From Alphaproteobacteria bacterium (lineage in GTDB: Bacteria; Pseudomonadota; Alphaproteobacteria; SP197): a stretch of DNA of 64,000 nt. Numbering within the stretch: the stretch's first letter is position 1; each line of letters opens with the position of its first letter. Made by a program: the position numbers and the translations under genes. Below the pieces are notes generated by a model. That model was given only the letters and a program-made list of their open reading frames with translations, was not told where the DNA came from and did no database searches. The DNA is taken from contig OZ245842.1 in NCBI GenBank assembly GCA_965228895.1, positions 1,664,001 to 1,728,000 on the forward strand, given 5' to 3'. This document shows positions 50,309-59,007 of the stretch, in pieces.

Positions 50309-51634
50309 ATGGCAACACGTGTGAATGTGGCCGCACAGGCGGATCTGGACAAGGCGGTCGACGAAGCGGTTGACGCATTTATCGCCGCCAACCCGAAGAG
50401 CCGCGCCGAGGACGAAAAAGCCGCCGCCTCGATGCCCGGCGGCAACACCCGCACGGTGCTCTTTTATCCGCCGTTCCCGCTGACCATCGCGCGCGGCGAA
50501 GGCGCCTATGTCTGGGACATCGACGACCACAAGTATGCCAACTTCGTCGGTGAGTTCGGCGCCGGCCTGTTCGGCCACTCGGATACGCGGATCAGCGATG
50601 CCATCAACCGCGCCGTCAGCGACGGTACGGTGCTGGGCGGGCCGAACCGATACGAACGCCTCCTGGCCGCCGAGCTGGTCAACCGTTTCCCGGCGCTCGA
50701 TCTCGTGCGTTTCACCAATTCCGGCACCGAGGCCAACCTGTTCGCCGTCCTGACCGCGCGCGCCGTTAGCGGCCGCGACAAGGTGATGGTGTTCACCGGC
50801 GCCTATCATGGCGGCGTCTTCATCTTCGGTCATGGCGGTTCGCCGCTGACTGCACCCTTCGAGTATGTCGTCGCGCCGTTCAATGACACCGAAGCGACCC
50901 TGGCGCTGATCGACGAACACGCCAAGGATCTTGGCTGCGTCATCATCGAGCCGATGCAGGGCGGCGCCGGCTGTATTGCCGCCGAACCATCATTCCTGCA
51001 GGCGATCCGCGACGCCACCGAACGCCATGGTGTGATCTTGATTTTCGACGAGGTCGTGACGTCGCGGCTGTCGGGAGGCGGTCTGCACGGGAAACTGGGA
51101 ATCACGCCGGACATGATTGCGCTCGGCAAGTACATCGGCGGCGGCGCGACGTTTGGCGCGTTCGGTGGACGCCGCGACATCATGAAACACTACGATCCCC
51201 ATGAGCCCAACGCCTTCGCCCATGCCGGCACGTTCAACAACAACGTCATCACCCACTCGGCCGGCGCGACGGCGATGACCCAGATCTATACGCCGGAGGT
51301 CGCAGAGAGCTTCAACGCGGATGGCGACGCCATGCGCGACGCGCTTAACGCCGTGATCAACAAGCACGGCTTGCCGATGATCACCACGGGTCTGGGTACG
51401 GCCATGAAGATCCATTCATGCACCGGACCGATCCGCAATGAACACGACGCGGATCGCGGCTCGGCCACGAAGGACAAACTGATCTATTACGATATGCTGG
51501 CGCGCGGCCAGCGCATGACGTGGCGTAACTCCATGCTGCTCAGCCTGCCGCTGACTCAGGACGACCGTGACGCCTTCGTCGCCGCGTTCGATGACGTGCT
51601 CGGTGCGCGTGCGCACCTGTTGGCCATCGAGTAA
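50309..51634 (+). CDS. Class III PLP aminotransferase (glutamate-1-semialdehyde aminomutase-like)
   Basis: MPGGNTR, RFTNSGTEAN, YHGG, LIFDEVVT, GKYIGGG, HAGTFNNN. Confidence 0.9.
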   Translation: MATRVNVAAQADLDKAVDEAVDAFIAANPKSRAEDEKAAASMPGGNTRTVLFYPPFPLTIARGEGAYVWDIDDHKYANFVGEFGAGLFGHSDTRISDAINRAVSDGTVLGGPNRYERLLAAELVNRFPALDLVRFTNSGTEANLFAVLTARAVSGRDKVMVFTGAYHGGVFIFGHGGSPLTAPFEYVVAPFNDTEATLALIDEHAKDLGCVIIEPMQGGAGCIAAEPSFLQAIRDATERHGVILIFDEVVTSRLSGGGLHGKLGITPDMIALGKYIGGGATFGAFGGRRDIMKHYDPHEPNAFAHAGTFNNNVITHSAGATAMTQIYTPEVAESFNADGDAMRDALNAVINKHGLPMITTGLGTAMKIHSCTGPIRNEHDADRGSATKDKLIYYDMLARGQRMTWRNSMLLSLPLTQDDRDAFVAAFDDVLGARAHLLAIE

Positions 51635-51649
51635 CCTGCAACACCATTG

Positions 51650-51742
51650 CGTCCCGGACTTGATCCGGGACCCATGAACACGATCCGAGCCGAATCATGC
51701 GCAGTCGGTGTTCAAGGGCCCCGGCACTACGGCCGGGGCGCG
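51650..51742. repeat. Alphaproteobacterial REP/RPE-like palindromic intergenic element
   Basis: GTCCCGGACTTGATCCGGGAC hairpin, then GCCCCGGC-acta-CGGCCGGGGC hairpin, between convergent genes. Confidence 0.65.
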
Positions 51743-51774
51743 AGGATGTTGTGAGGACGGCTAAGAAACGAACG

Positions 51775-52581
51775 TTAGTTTTCGGCGGTCCTTATAGCAC
51801 CGCCGACATCGCCCGATGCCAGTTCGGCGGCGTCGAAGTCGGGGTTGGCTTCCGGGATTTCCAGATGGAGATCGATCGTGTGATCGAGCGACAGGTGCCC
51901 GCTTGCTAGCGTGAAGTCGGTCATGTGGCCACCGCATGTCCGGGCATCGTCGATGAAGTGCAGGTGATAGCCGGGCACGTTGATGCCGACCGTGTAGTCG
52001 GGCAGACGAAAGCCCAATAGCGTGCCCGCGATGTCCTCGTACTCGTAGACCGGCTGGTGCTTCACGGCCTCGACAAGCGGCGGGTAGGGGCGTCCCTGAC
52101 GGGGCACCGTCCGTACTTTCATGTGAGAGAACCGGCCATCCAGACGGATGGCGTAGAAACCGTTCTTTTTCGGCGCGAGTTCGTTGAGCAGGGCCTCGAA
52201 GGCCGGCCGGTCCAGGGGACCGCCGACATCCTGCTCGTGTTCGGCCTCAAAGAACATGACGGTGGCCCAGGGTGTCTTCCAGTCGGCGGCGACGTCGTGT
52301 GCTTTGCCATCCGCGCGCAGGGCATAGAAGTCGCCATCGATCAGGATCATTTCGCCGTCGAGTGCGTTGAACGTGCCTAGACCAAAATCGCCGTGTTCGG
52401 CGAGCTCGCCGAAGGTCAGGTCGCCGTCATAGACGCCCTGCAGCAGCGCGGAGACGGTCGATGACTGAAAGAACTCGTGGGCTGCCCGGTGATCGTCATG
52501 CAGACCGTGTGCACCGTCATGGTGGGCATGAAGGGCCCGCAAAAAGATGAGTTCGGTGTCCTGCTTCCCGTTTCGATCCAT
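51775..52581 (-). CDS. budA: Alpha-acetolactate decarboxylase family protein
   Basis: Q.ST..ALL.GVYDG, GDFGLGTF..LDGE, RTVP, GYHLHF, GGH, IRTAE. Confidence 0.88.
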   Translation of the reverse strand: MDRNGKQDTELIFLRALHAHHDGAHGLHDDHRAAHEFFQSSTVSALLQGVYDGDLTFGELAEHGDFGLGTFNALDGEMILIDGDFYALRADGKAHDVAADWKTPWATVMFFEAEHEQDVGGPLDRPAFEALLNELAPKKNGFYAIRLDGRFSHMKVRTVPRQGRPYPPLVEAVKHQPVYEYEDIAGTLLGFRLPDYTVGINVPGYHLHFIDDARTCGGHMTDFTLASGHLSLDHTIDLHLEIPEANPDFDAAELASGDVGGAIRTAEN

Positions 52582-52590
52582 CGCTCGTCT

Positions 52591-54213
52591 CTAGGCCTTG
52601 TAGACGATCTCGCCACCGACAATGGTGGTGGTCACCTGGACATTCTTAAGGTCCAGGCTGTCGATGGTCCAGGGATCGCGGTCCAGTACGGCGAAGTCAG
52701 CCAGCTTGCCGATCTCTATCGAACCTTTCAGATCCTCCTCGAAGCCGGTCCACGCGCCCAGGGTCGTATAGGTGCGCAATGCCTCGGTCACCGTGATCGC
52801 CTGGCTCTTGCCGAGCGGGCCGCCGGAATCGGAACGCCGGTTGACCAGGCTGTCGAAAACCGGCCACGGGTTGGTCGAGCAGATGTTGGCATCGGAATGG
52901 CCGGGCGCCGGGACACCCGCATCGATCAGATTGCGGTGCGGCCACATATCCTCCATGGCCGGCTCGCCGCGATTGTTACGGTAGGCATCGCCCAGATCGT
53001 ACATGAAGCCGGTGGCCGAGCTGTCCGTCACGTCGAGGTCTTTCAGTCGTTTGATCAGCGGCGCCGTGACGTAACAACAATGCTCGACCCGGCTGCGGTG
53101 GTCGTCTTTGGGGTGGGCCTTAAGTGCGGCTTCGATGGCGTCCAGCGCAAAGTCGATGCCACGGTCACCGACGCCTTCGACACAGACCCTGAGCCCGGCC
53201 TGGTGACAGCGTACGACCTTTTCCGTGAGGTCGTCGGCGTCATAGAGCAGCATGCCGGTGTTGGGCACAGGCTCGCCGGGCACGGCTTCGCCGACATAGG
53301 GCTCGTAGTAGGCGGCGGTGCGGCCGCTGGTCGAACAGTCCGGGCACCATTCGATGCCGACAATGCGCAGCCACGCGTCGCCGAAACCAGTGCGGAGGCC
53401 GGCCTTCAACACGTCCTCGGTCATCTGATCGTCGTCGCCGTTGACGATGATGCCAACGCGCATGGCAAGCTCATCGACCTCCAAGAGGTTCATGTAGGCT
53501 TCGACACCGCGCGGCTTGGTCAGGCTGTTGTGCATCGACGTCACGCCGTTGCGCAGATAAAGCCCGAAGACATGCTTCAGGCCCTCGGCATACTGATCGA
53601 CCGTGTAGGCCTCGTTCATCTTCAAGATCATCTGACGTGCGGCGGCTTCGCGCAGCAAACCCGTCATCCGCCCGCTTTCGTCTCGGTCGTAGCGGCCGTG
53701 GGGTGGATCGGCCGCATCGTCGGGGATGTCGAAAACGCGCAGCATGGCGGTGTTGACGACGGCGATATGGCCATCGGTCCGTCCGATATAGACCGGCTTA
53801 CCACGGGCGACGGCGTCGAGTTGATCCAGGGTCGGGTAACCGCCGCATTTCCGGTCGTCATAACCGAAGGCGCGGAACCAGTCGCCATCGGCCATCGTCG
53901 CGGTTTTCTCCTCGACCAGCTTGAGCATGGCGTCGACCGAGCCGATTCGGTTGGGTTTGACCTCTTCCCACAGGGTCGCGGTGATGGCGTGGGAGTCTGG
54001 ATGGCAATGGCTGTCGATCAGGCCAGGCACAACCGTCTGCCCAGCGAGATTGATGACGTGGGTCGTGTCGCCGCGCCACGCCATCACATCATCGCTCGCA
54101 CCAGTAGCGATGATACGGCCCTGCCAGCATGCCACCGCGTCGACAATCGTTTCGGCTTGATCCAGCGTCGCAATCTTGCCGCCATGCAGGATGAGTTCGG
54201 CTTTAAACGTCAC
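52591..54213 (-). CDS. Amidohydrolase (YtcJ / amidohydrolase_3 family), paralog B
   Basis: PGLIDSHCH, GRTDGH, TGLLRE, GVTS, RVEH, HSD, GSIEIGKLADF. Confidence 0.9.
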   Translation of the reverse strand: MTFKAELILHGGKIATLDQAETIVDAVACWQGRIIATGASDDVMAWRGDTTHVINLAGQTVVPGLIDSHCHPDSHAITATLWEEVKPNRIGSVDAMLKLVEEKTATMADGDWFRAFGYDDRKCGGYPTLDQLDAVARGKPVYIGRTDGHIAVVNTAMLRVFDIPDDAADPPHGRYDRDESGRMTGLLREAAARQMILKMNEAYTVDQYAEGLKHVFGLYLRNGVTSMHNSLTKPRGVEAYMNLLEVDELAMRVGIIVNGDDDQMTEDVLKAGLRTGFGDAWLRIVGIEWCPDCSTSGRTAAYYEPYVGEAVPGEPVPNTGMLLYDADDLTEKVVRCHQAGLRVCVEGVGDRGIDFALDAIEAALKAHPKDDHRSRVEHCCYVTAPLIKRLKDLDVTDSSATGFMYDLGDAYRNNRGEPAMEDMWPHRNLIDAGVPAPGHSDANICSTNPWPVFDSLVNRRSDSGGPLGKSQAITVTEALRTYTTLGAWTGFEEDLKGSIEIGKLADFAVLDRDPWTIDSLDLKNVQVTTTIVGGEIVYKA

Positions 54214-54224
54214 GGACAGCTCCT

Positions 54225-54503
54225 CTAAGCAGCGTTCTCTACTTCAGCTTTGATGCGTTCGCCGAGCTCACGTTCGGCAACAGCAAGCTCGTACTGGCTC
54301 TGCAAATTCATCCAGAATTGAGGTGTTGTGCCGAAGTACGCCGCAAGACGCAGAGCTGTCTCCGCGCTGATGCCGCGCTTGCCATTAACGATCTCAGTAA
54401 CCCGTCCTGAAGGCACGCGCAGTGCCAAGGCAAGCTTGTTTGCTGACAACGCTCGTGACTCGAGTTCACGAGCGAGAATTCGTCCGGGATGTACGGGTAG
54501 CAT
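54225..54503 (-). CDS. higA: HigA antitoxin (HTH)
   Basis: PVHPGRIL, LA.AL.V...R..EI.NGKR.I.AETALRL..YFGT.PQFW.NLQ..Y. Confidence 0.93.
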   Translation of the reverse strand: MLPVHPGRILARELESRALSANKLALALRVPSGRVTEIVNGKRGISAETALRLAAYFGTTPQFWMNLQSQYELAVAERELGERIKAEVENAA

Positions 54504-54506
54504 TTG

Positions 54507-54794
54507 CTAACCTCTGTGATAGTTGACGATCTCGACGTCGTAGGCATCACCGTCGCGGAAGCGAAAACAGATACGCCAAGGCCCATTGACTGTCATGGCC
54601 CATTGGCCCCGCCGATCACCTTTAAGCTTATGAAGTCCGATGCTCTTCAACGGGCTTAGATCACGCAGTGCAGTGGCAGCATTGAGCGATGCGAGGAGAT
54701 CGAAAGCCGCACGCGTGTCCAATCCTCCAAATCCGCGTGATCTACCGGTCTCCGCAAACCGACGCGTTGCCGACGATCCCCAAGTCTGGATCAT
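54507..54794 (-). CDS. higB: HigB toxin (RelE/ParE superfamily)
   Basis: LHKLKGDRRGQWAMTVNGPWRICFRF...DVEIVNYH; toxin gene upstream of antitoxin. Confidence 0.92.
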   Translation of the reverse strand: MIQTWGSSATRRFAETGRSRGFGGLDTRAAFDLLASLNAATALRDLSPLKSIGLHKLKGDRRGQWAMTVNGPWRICFRFRDGDAYDVEIVNYHRG

Positions 54795-54799
54795 GATTG

Positions 54800-54828
54800 A
54801 GCGTACTACGTTTCCCGTAGTATGGCAA
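54800..54828 (-). promoter_or_regulatory. higBA sigma70 promoter containing a HigA operator palindrome
   Basis: Minus strand TTGCCA-N17-TACGCT; inverted repeat TACTACG-N5-CGTAGTA (54804-54822) fills the spacer; only 5 nt separate the -10 box from the ATG. Confidence 0.75.
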
Positions 54829-54833
54829 ACGTA

Positions 54834-56465
54834 TCAACTCGCTTCGAAGACGGTCTTGCCGCCGACGATGGTCTCCGTGACCGCCATATCGCGCAGCTGT
54901 TCCGTCTCCATCGACCAGGGATCGTCGTCCAGAATGGCGAAATCCGCCAGTTTGCCCGGCGCGATATCGCCTTTCAGATCCTCTTCAAATCCGGTCCAGG
55001 CGCCCAGTGTCGTATAGGTGCGCAGCGCCTCGGTGACGGAGATCTTCTGGGTCTGGCCGAAAGGCTGGCCGGTATCGGTCTTGCGGTTGACCAGGCTGTA
55101 GAAGACGAGCCACGGATTGGTCGAGCAGACATTGGCGTCGGAATGACCGGGCGCGGGCACGCCGGCGTCGATCAGGGCGCGGTGCGGAAACATGTGGTCC
55201 ATCGCCTGGCCGCCGCGGTTGGCGATATAGGCATCGCCCAGGCTGTACATGAAGCCGGTCGCCGAGCTGTCGGTGACCTCCAGCTTTTTCAACCGTTCCA
55301 GGATCGCCGGCGTCACGTTGCAGCAGTGCTCAACCCGGCTGCGGTGGTCGTCGCGCGGGGTCTCCTTAAGCGCTGCTTCGATGGCGTCGAGGGCGAAGTC
55401 GATGCCGCGGTCGCCCAGACCCTCGACACAGACGCGCAAGCCCGCCTTGTGGGCGCGTTTGACGCGCGGGATCAGGTCCTCGGCCGTATAGAGCAGCATG
55501 CCGGTGTTCGGTACCGGCTCGCCCGGCACGGGCTCGCCGATATAGGGATCATAAAAGGCCGCGGTGCGGCCACTGACCGAGCAGTCCGGGCACCATTCGA
55601 TGCCGACCACACGAATCCATTCGTCGCCGAAGCCGGTCTTGATGCCGGCGCCGATATAGCCGTCGACCATGTCCTCGTCGCGCCCGTCGATGATGATGCC
55701 CATGCGCATGGTGAGGTCGCCGTCCTCGCGCATGCGCTGATAGGCGTGGACGGCCTTCTGCTGGGTCAGGCTGTTGTGGAGCGAGGTCACGCCGTGGCGG
55801 TGATACATCGGGAAGACCTGCTTCAGGCCCGCGATATAGTCGTCGACCGAATAGGCCTGTTTCATCTGGCCTTCCAGGTCCCACGCTGCCATCTCGCGCA
55901 TCAGGCCGGTCAGCTTGCCGGTTTCGGGATCGCGGTCGTATTGGCCGTGCGGTGGGTTTTCGACGTCTTCGGCGACACCGAAATGCTCGAACGTCGCGCT
56001 GTTGACGACGGCGATGTGGTGGTCGGTGCGGCCGATCCAGACCGGCTTGCCGTTGCCGGCCTTGTCGAGCTGCTCGCGTGTCGGATAGCCACCGCATTTC
56101 TGATCGTTCCAGCCCTGGCCGCGAAACATCTCGCCTGGTCCCATGGCGGCGGTCTTGGAGTCGATCAGGTTCAGAAGCGCCTCGATGCTCTCCGTCGCCT
56201 CCGGCCCGACGTCTTCCCATAGATACTCGTTGATGGCGTGGGCGTCGGGATGGCAATGGCTGTCGATGATGCCGGGAATGGCGGTCTTGCCGCCAAGGTC
56301 GACCGTCCGTGTCCCTGGGCCGGCAAGCGCGTCGGCGTCACCATCGGATCCCACGGCGATAATACGCCCGTTCCAGCAAGCCACCGCTTCGGCGACAGAT
56401 TCGCCGTCATCCAGGGTGGCGATACGTCCGTTTTTCAGAATCAGGTCGGCCGACAAGCTCGGCAT
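54834..56465 (-). CDS. Amidohydrolase (YtcJ / amidohydrolase_3 family), paralog A
   Basis: PGIIDSHCH, GRTDHH, TGLMRE, RVEH, HSD, GKLADF; GGAGG RBS. Confidence 0.9.
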   Translation of the reverse strand: MPSLSADLILKNGRIATLDDGESVAEAVACWNGRIIAVGSDGDADALAGPGTRTVDLGGKTAIPGIIDSHCHPDAHAINEYLWEDVGPEATESIEALLNLIDSKTAAMGPGEMFRGQGWNDQKCGGYPTREQLDKAGNGKPVWIGRTDHHIAVVNSATFEHFGVAEDVENPPHGQYDRDPETGKLTGLMREMAAWDLEGQMKQAYSVDDYIAGLKQVFPMYHRHGVTSLHNSLTQQKAVHAYQRMREDGDLTMRMGIIIDGRDEDMVDGYIGAGIKTGFGDEWIRVVGIEWCPDCSVSGRTAAFYDPYIGEPVPGEPVPNTGMLLYTAEDLIPRVKRAHKAGLRVCVEGLGDRGIDFALDAIEAALKETPRDDHRSRVEHCCNVTPAILERLKKLEVTDSSATGFMYSLGDAYIANRGGQAMDHMFPHRALIDAGVPAPGHSDANVCSTNPWLVFYSLVNRKTDTGQPFGQTQKISVTEALRTYTTLGAWTGFEEDLKGDIAPGKLADFAILDDDPWSMETEQLRDMAVTETIVGGKTVFEAS

Positions 56466-56497
56466 CGATGACCTCCTTGTTGTTCTTCGCTAAGGGC

Positions 56498-57748
56498 TCA
56501 GTCGTTGGTCAGATAGTCATAGGCCGACAGCACGTGGCTCTTCACGGTGTGCAGGAAGTCGTCGACCGGCACGTGTTCGTCGCGCTGGCCCATGCCTTCG
56601 GGCGAGGGGCCGTAGACATAGCCGCCGATACCCTGGTAACGCCATAGGCGCGCGTCCGTGCCGCCCAGGCTGATGACAGGCGTCGGCCTGAAGCCGCGCA
56701 GATCTTCGACGTTGTTCTGCAGGTGCGTCACCATCTCGCCATAGGGATCGCACCACGACGGTGCGGTGTAGTTGATCTCCTCCATCTCGACATTGGGATG
56801 GCGCGCCAGCACGTCGTCGATGACTTTCTGAACTTGCTCTTTTTCGCAGCCGACCGGCAGCCGGACATCGGCCTCCACCGAGCATTCGTCGGGCACCATG
56901 TTGACCTTCAGACCGGCATTGATGCGGCCGATATTGAGTGTCACCTTTTGCACGATACCGCTGGCGCCTTCGCCCATGGCGCGGTCGGTTTCTTCGCGCG
57001 CATCCTCCAGCGCCTTGCCGACATTGTGCGGCGCCGGCGTGTCGATATCTTCGATCGCCTTGAGGTCATGGCAGAACGCCATCGCCTCCCATGAGGCGCT
57101 GCCGCCGGCATGCACATAAGCACCGTGCGCGCCGCGGGTGCGGATGTGGAAGTTGATCCACCACGGGCCCTTTTCGCCGAAACGGATCGAATAGGGACTG
57201 GACGGCTCGCCGTTCAGGCAGCAGTCGCCATGGACCTCGGGCAGATGCTCGATCAGGTAGCGCGCGCCCCACGGGCCAAAGGTTTCCTCGTCGGAGACGC
57301 AGGTCAGCGTTAGCTTGCCCTTGAGCGCCTCGCGGATGCGGTGGAGGTACATGAAGGTGAAGATCGACGTGCTGGTGCCGCATTTCATGTCGGCGGAGCC
57401 GCGCCCCCAGACCGCGTCGTCGGCGACAGCGCCCGACCATGGACCGCCATGCTGCCAGCCGTCATCGGCGGCCGGGAACACATCGATATGGCCATTCAGG
57501 ACCAGATGTTTGCCGTCGCCGTCGCCGTCGAAGCTGCCGACGACGTTAGGGAACAGTGGCTCGGGATCAACAATCCGAAACGCCAGGTCGTGCTCGTTCA
57601 GGAACGTGCTGATATGCGCAACGGCGTCGCGGGTGTCGCCCGGCGGGTTGGGGCTGGGCGTGGCGACAAACTGGCTATAGAAGCCGATGAGTTTGTCGCG
57701 ATCTTCATCGATCCATTGCAGAAGCTGCTGCTTCATATCGCCCATCAC
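56498..57748 (-). CDS. M20 family metallo-deacylase (ArgE/DapE-like)
   Basis: NGHIDV, GRGSADMK, DEE, NGEPS, GEKG, GAHG, GGTDAR. Confidence 0.9.
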   Translation of the reverse strand: MMGDMKQQLLQWIDEDRDKLIGFYSQFVATPSPNPPGDTRDAVAHISTFLNEHDLAFRIVDPEPLFPNVVGSFDGDGDGKHLVLNGHIDVFPAADDGWQHGGPWSGAVADDAVWGRGSADMKCGTSTSIFTFMYLHRIREALKGKLTLTCVSDEETFGPWGARYLIEHLPEVHGDCCLNGEPSSPYSIRFGEKGPWWINFHIRTRGAHGAYVHAGGSASWEAMAFCHDLKAIEDIDTPAPHNVGKALEDAREETDRAMGEGASGIVQKVTLNIGRINAGLKVNMVPDECSVEADVRLPVGCEKEQVQKVIDDVLARHPNVEMEEINYTAPSWCDPYGEMVTHLQNNVEDLRGFRPTPVISLGGTDARLWRYQGIGGYVYGPSPEGMGQRDEHVPVDDFLHTVKSHVLSAYDYLTND

Positions 57749-57766
57749 AACTCTCCGTTTGCGTAA

Positions 57767-58675
57767 TCAGGTTTGCCGCGGCTGAACCGCGTTGATCGGA
57801 ACATCCGGCCAGTAAGGCAGGGTGTGCCGTCGCGGTGACCAGGACCCCGCTGCGATCAGGCCGTTCACGTGGTCGGCGATTTCGTCCATGCGTGCGAACC
57901 AGACATCGCCCTTCGCCAGCATGTGTTCGATGAGTTGTTCGATCGCCATGGCGCGCGCCAGCCGGCCGCTGACAAAGGGATGCCAGACCGCGCACCAGAA
58001 CGCGCCGTGCTCCCAGGCCGCGTCGAACTCCTCGACATGGACCTTGTAGGCTTCTGACGGTGCCTTGATCGGCTGGCTGACGCCGAAGTCGGGAAACGAC
58101 ACATACTGCGTCCAGTCATCAAGCGGCCAATGGCTGGGCAGTTCGACCAGACTGCCGCGATCATTCTCGATCACGTAGGGAATGTCGTCGCCCATCAGCG
58201 AGGCGTCGTAGATCATCCCGTGATCCTGCAGGAAATCCAGGGTGCGGCGTGACATGGCATAAGACGGTGCGCGAAAGCCGCGCGGAGACGAGCCTGAGGC
58301 CTTTTCGATGGCCTCGACACCGCGCGCGACATCATCGGCTTCTTCGTTATCCGACATCAGGTTCGGCTTGCCGTGAAGCCAGCCGTGGTGAGCGATCTCG
58401 TGGCCGTCTTCGAGAATGGCCTGGATCGTCGCGGGGTAGTTCTCCACGCACCAACCGGGAATGAAGAAGGTTTGCCGCAAATCGAACTTCTTGTAGATAT
58501 CCAGAATGCGCGGCACGCCCACCTCTGGGCCGTAGCGCAAGTCGGACGTGCTGGCCAGGCGCGTGTCTGCGGTCTCGGCATGTTTGATGTGAATCAGGCT
58601 TTCACCGTCCATGTCGAAGGTGAAGGCCACAGCGCAGCGGGCCCCGTTAGGCCAGGGCAGGGGATTTCTCAGCAT
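57767..58675 (-). CDS. Polysaccharide deacetylase (CE4) family hydrolase, HpPgdA/PuuE-like
   Basis: WPNGARCAV.FTFDMD, YGPEVGVPRIL, HEIAHHG..H, GFRAP, YDASLM.DD.PY, HPF..GR. Confidence 0.88.
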   Translation of the reverse strand: MLRNPLPWPNGARCAVAFTFDMDGESLIHIKHAETADTRLASTSDLRYGPEVGVPRILDIYKKFDLRQTFFIPGWCVENYPATIQAILEDGHEIAHHGWLHGKPNLMSDNEEADDVARGVEAIEKASGSSPRGFRAPSYAMSRRTLDFLQDHGMIYDASLMGDDIPYVIENDRGSLVELPSHWPLDDWTQYVSFPDFGVSQPIKAPSEAYKVHVEEFDAAWEHGAFWCAVWHPFVSGRLARAMAIEQLIEHMLAKGDVWFARMDEIADHVNGLIAAGSWSPRRHTLPYWPDVPINAVQPRQT

Positions 58676-58768
58676 GGGGACCTGTAAAGAACGGCACGTG
58701 GTGTCGTGTTGTGACTTTAGGCGACAACTCCGTGGCGGGCAAACCCCTTTGCACCCGACAAGTCGGTC

Positions 58769-58984
58769 ATGACGCTAACGGTTACCCTCATCGCGTTGGC
58801 CGTTGTCGTCGCGTTGTTTGTTCTTGCTTACATCCGCGCGCACCGGCCGCTCGATCCCGGACGTCCACGTATGATTCCCTGGTTCGGGATTCAGATGGTC
58901 TGCCTCGTTTTCATCGTCGTCCTGCTCGCCCATCTCGTGTCCCTATTGACAGGTACGCCTCTGATGAGCCGTCGCGGCTACTAG
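58769..58984 (+). CDS. Small two-TM membrane protein (71 aa)
   Basis: Two hydrophobic helices around a RP.DPGRPRMIPW loop; fills the gap between flanking genes. Confidence 0.65.
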   Translation: MTLTVTLIALAVVVALFVLAYIRAHRPLDPGRPRMIPWFGIQMVCLVFIVVLLAHLVSLLTGTPLMSRRGY

Positions 58985-59007
58985 GCATCGCGGCGGGCGG
59001 ACTCTGC

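Noticed and set aside
50309-51634. Calling the aminotransferase hemL
   Set aside because: Lacks the PGGVNSPVR signature; treated as a GSA-like paralog
52477-56222. Long antisense ORFs (583 aa, 466 aa; likewise 7959-9479, 10616-12145, 36915-38414, 41580-43127)
   Set aside because: Shadow ORFs from high-GC codon bias opposite well-supported genes; no motifs
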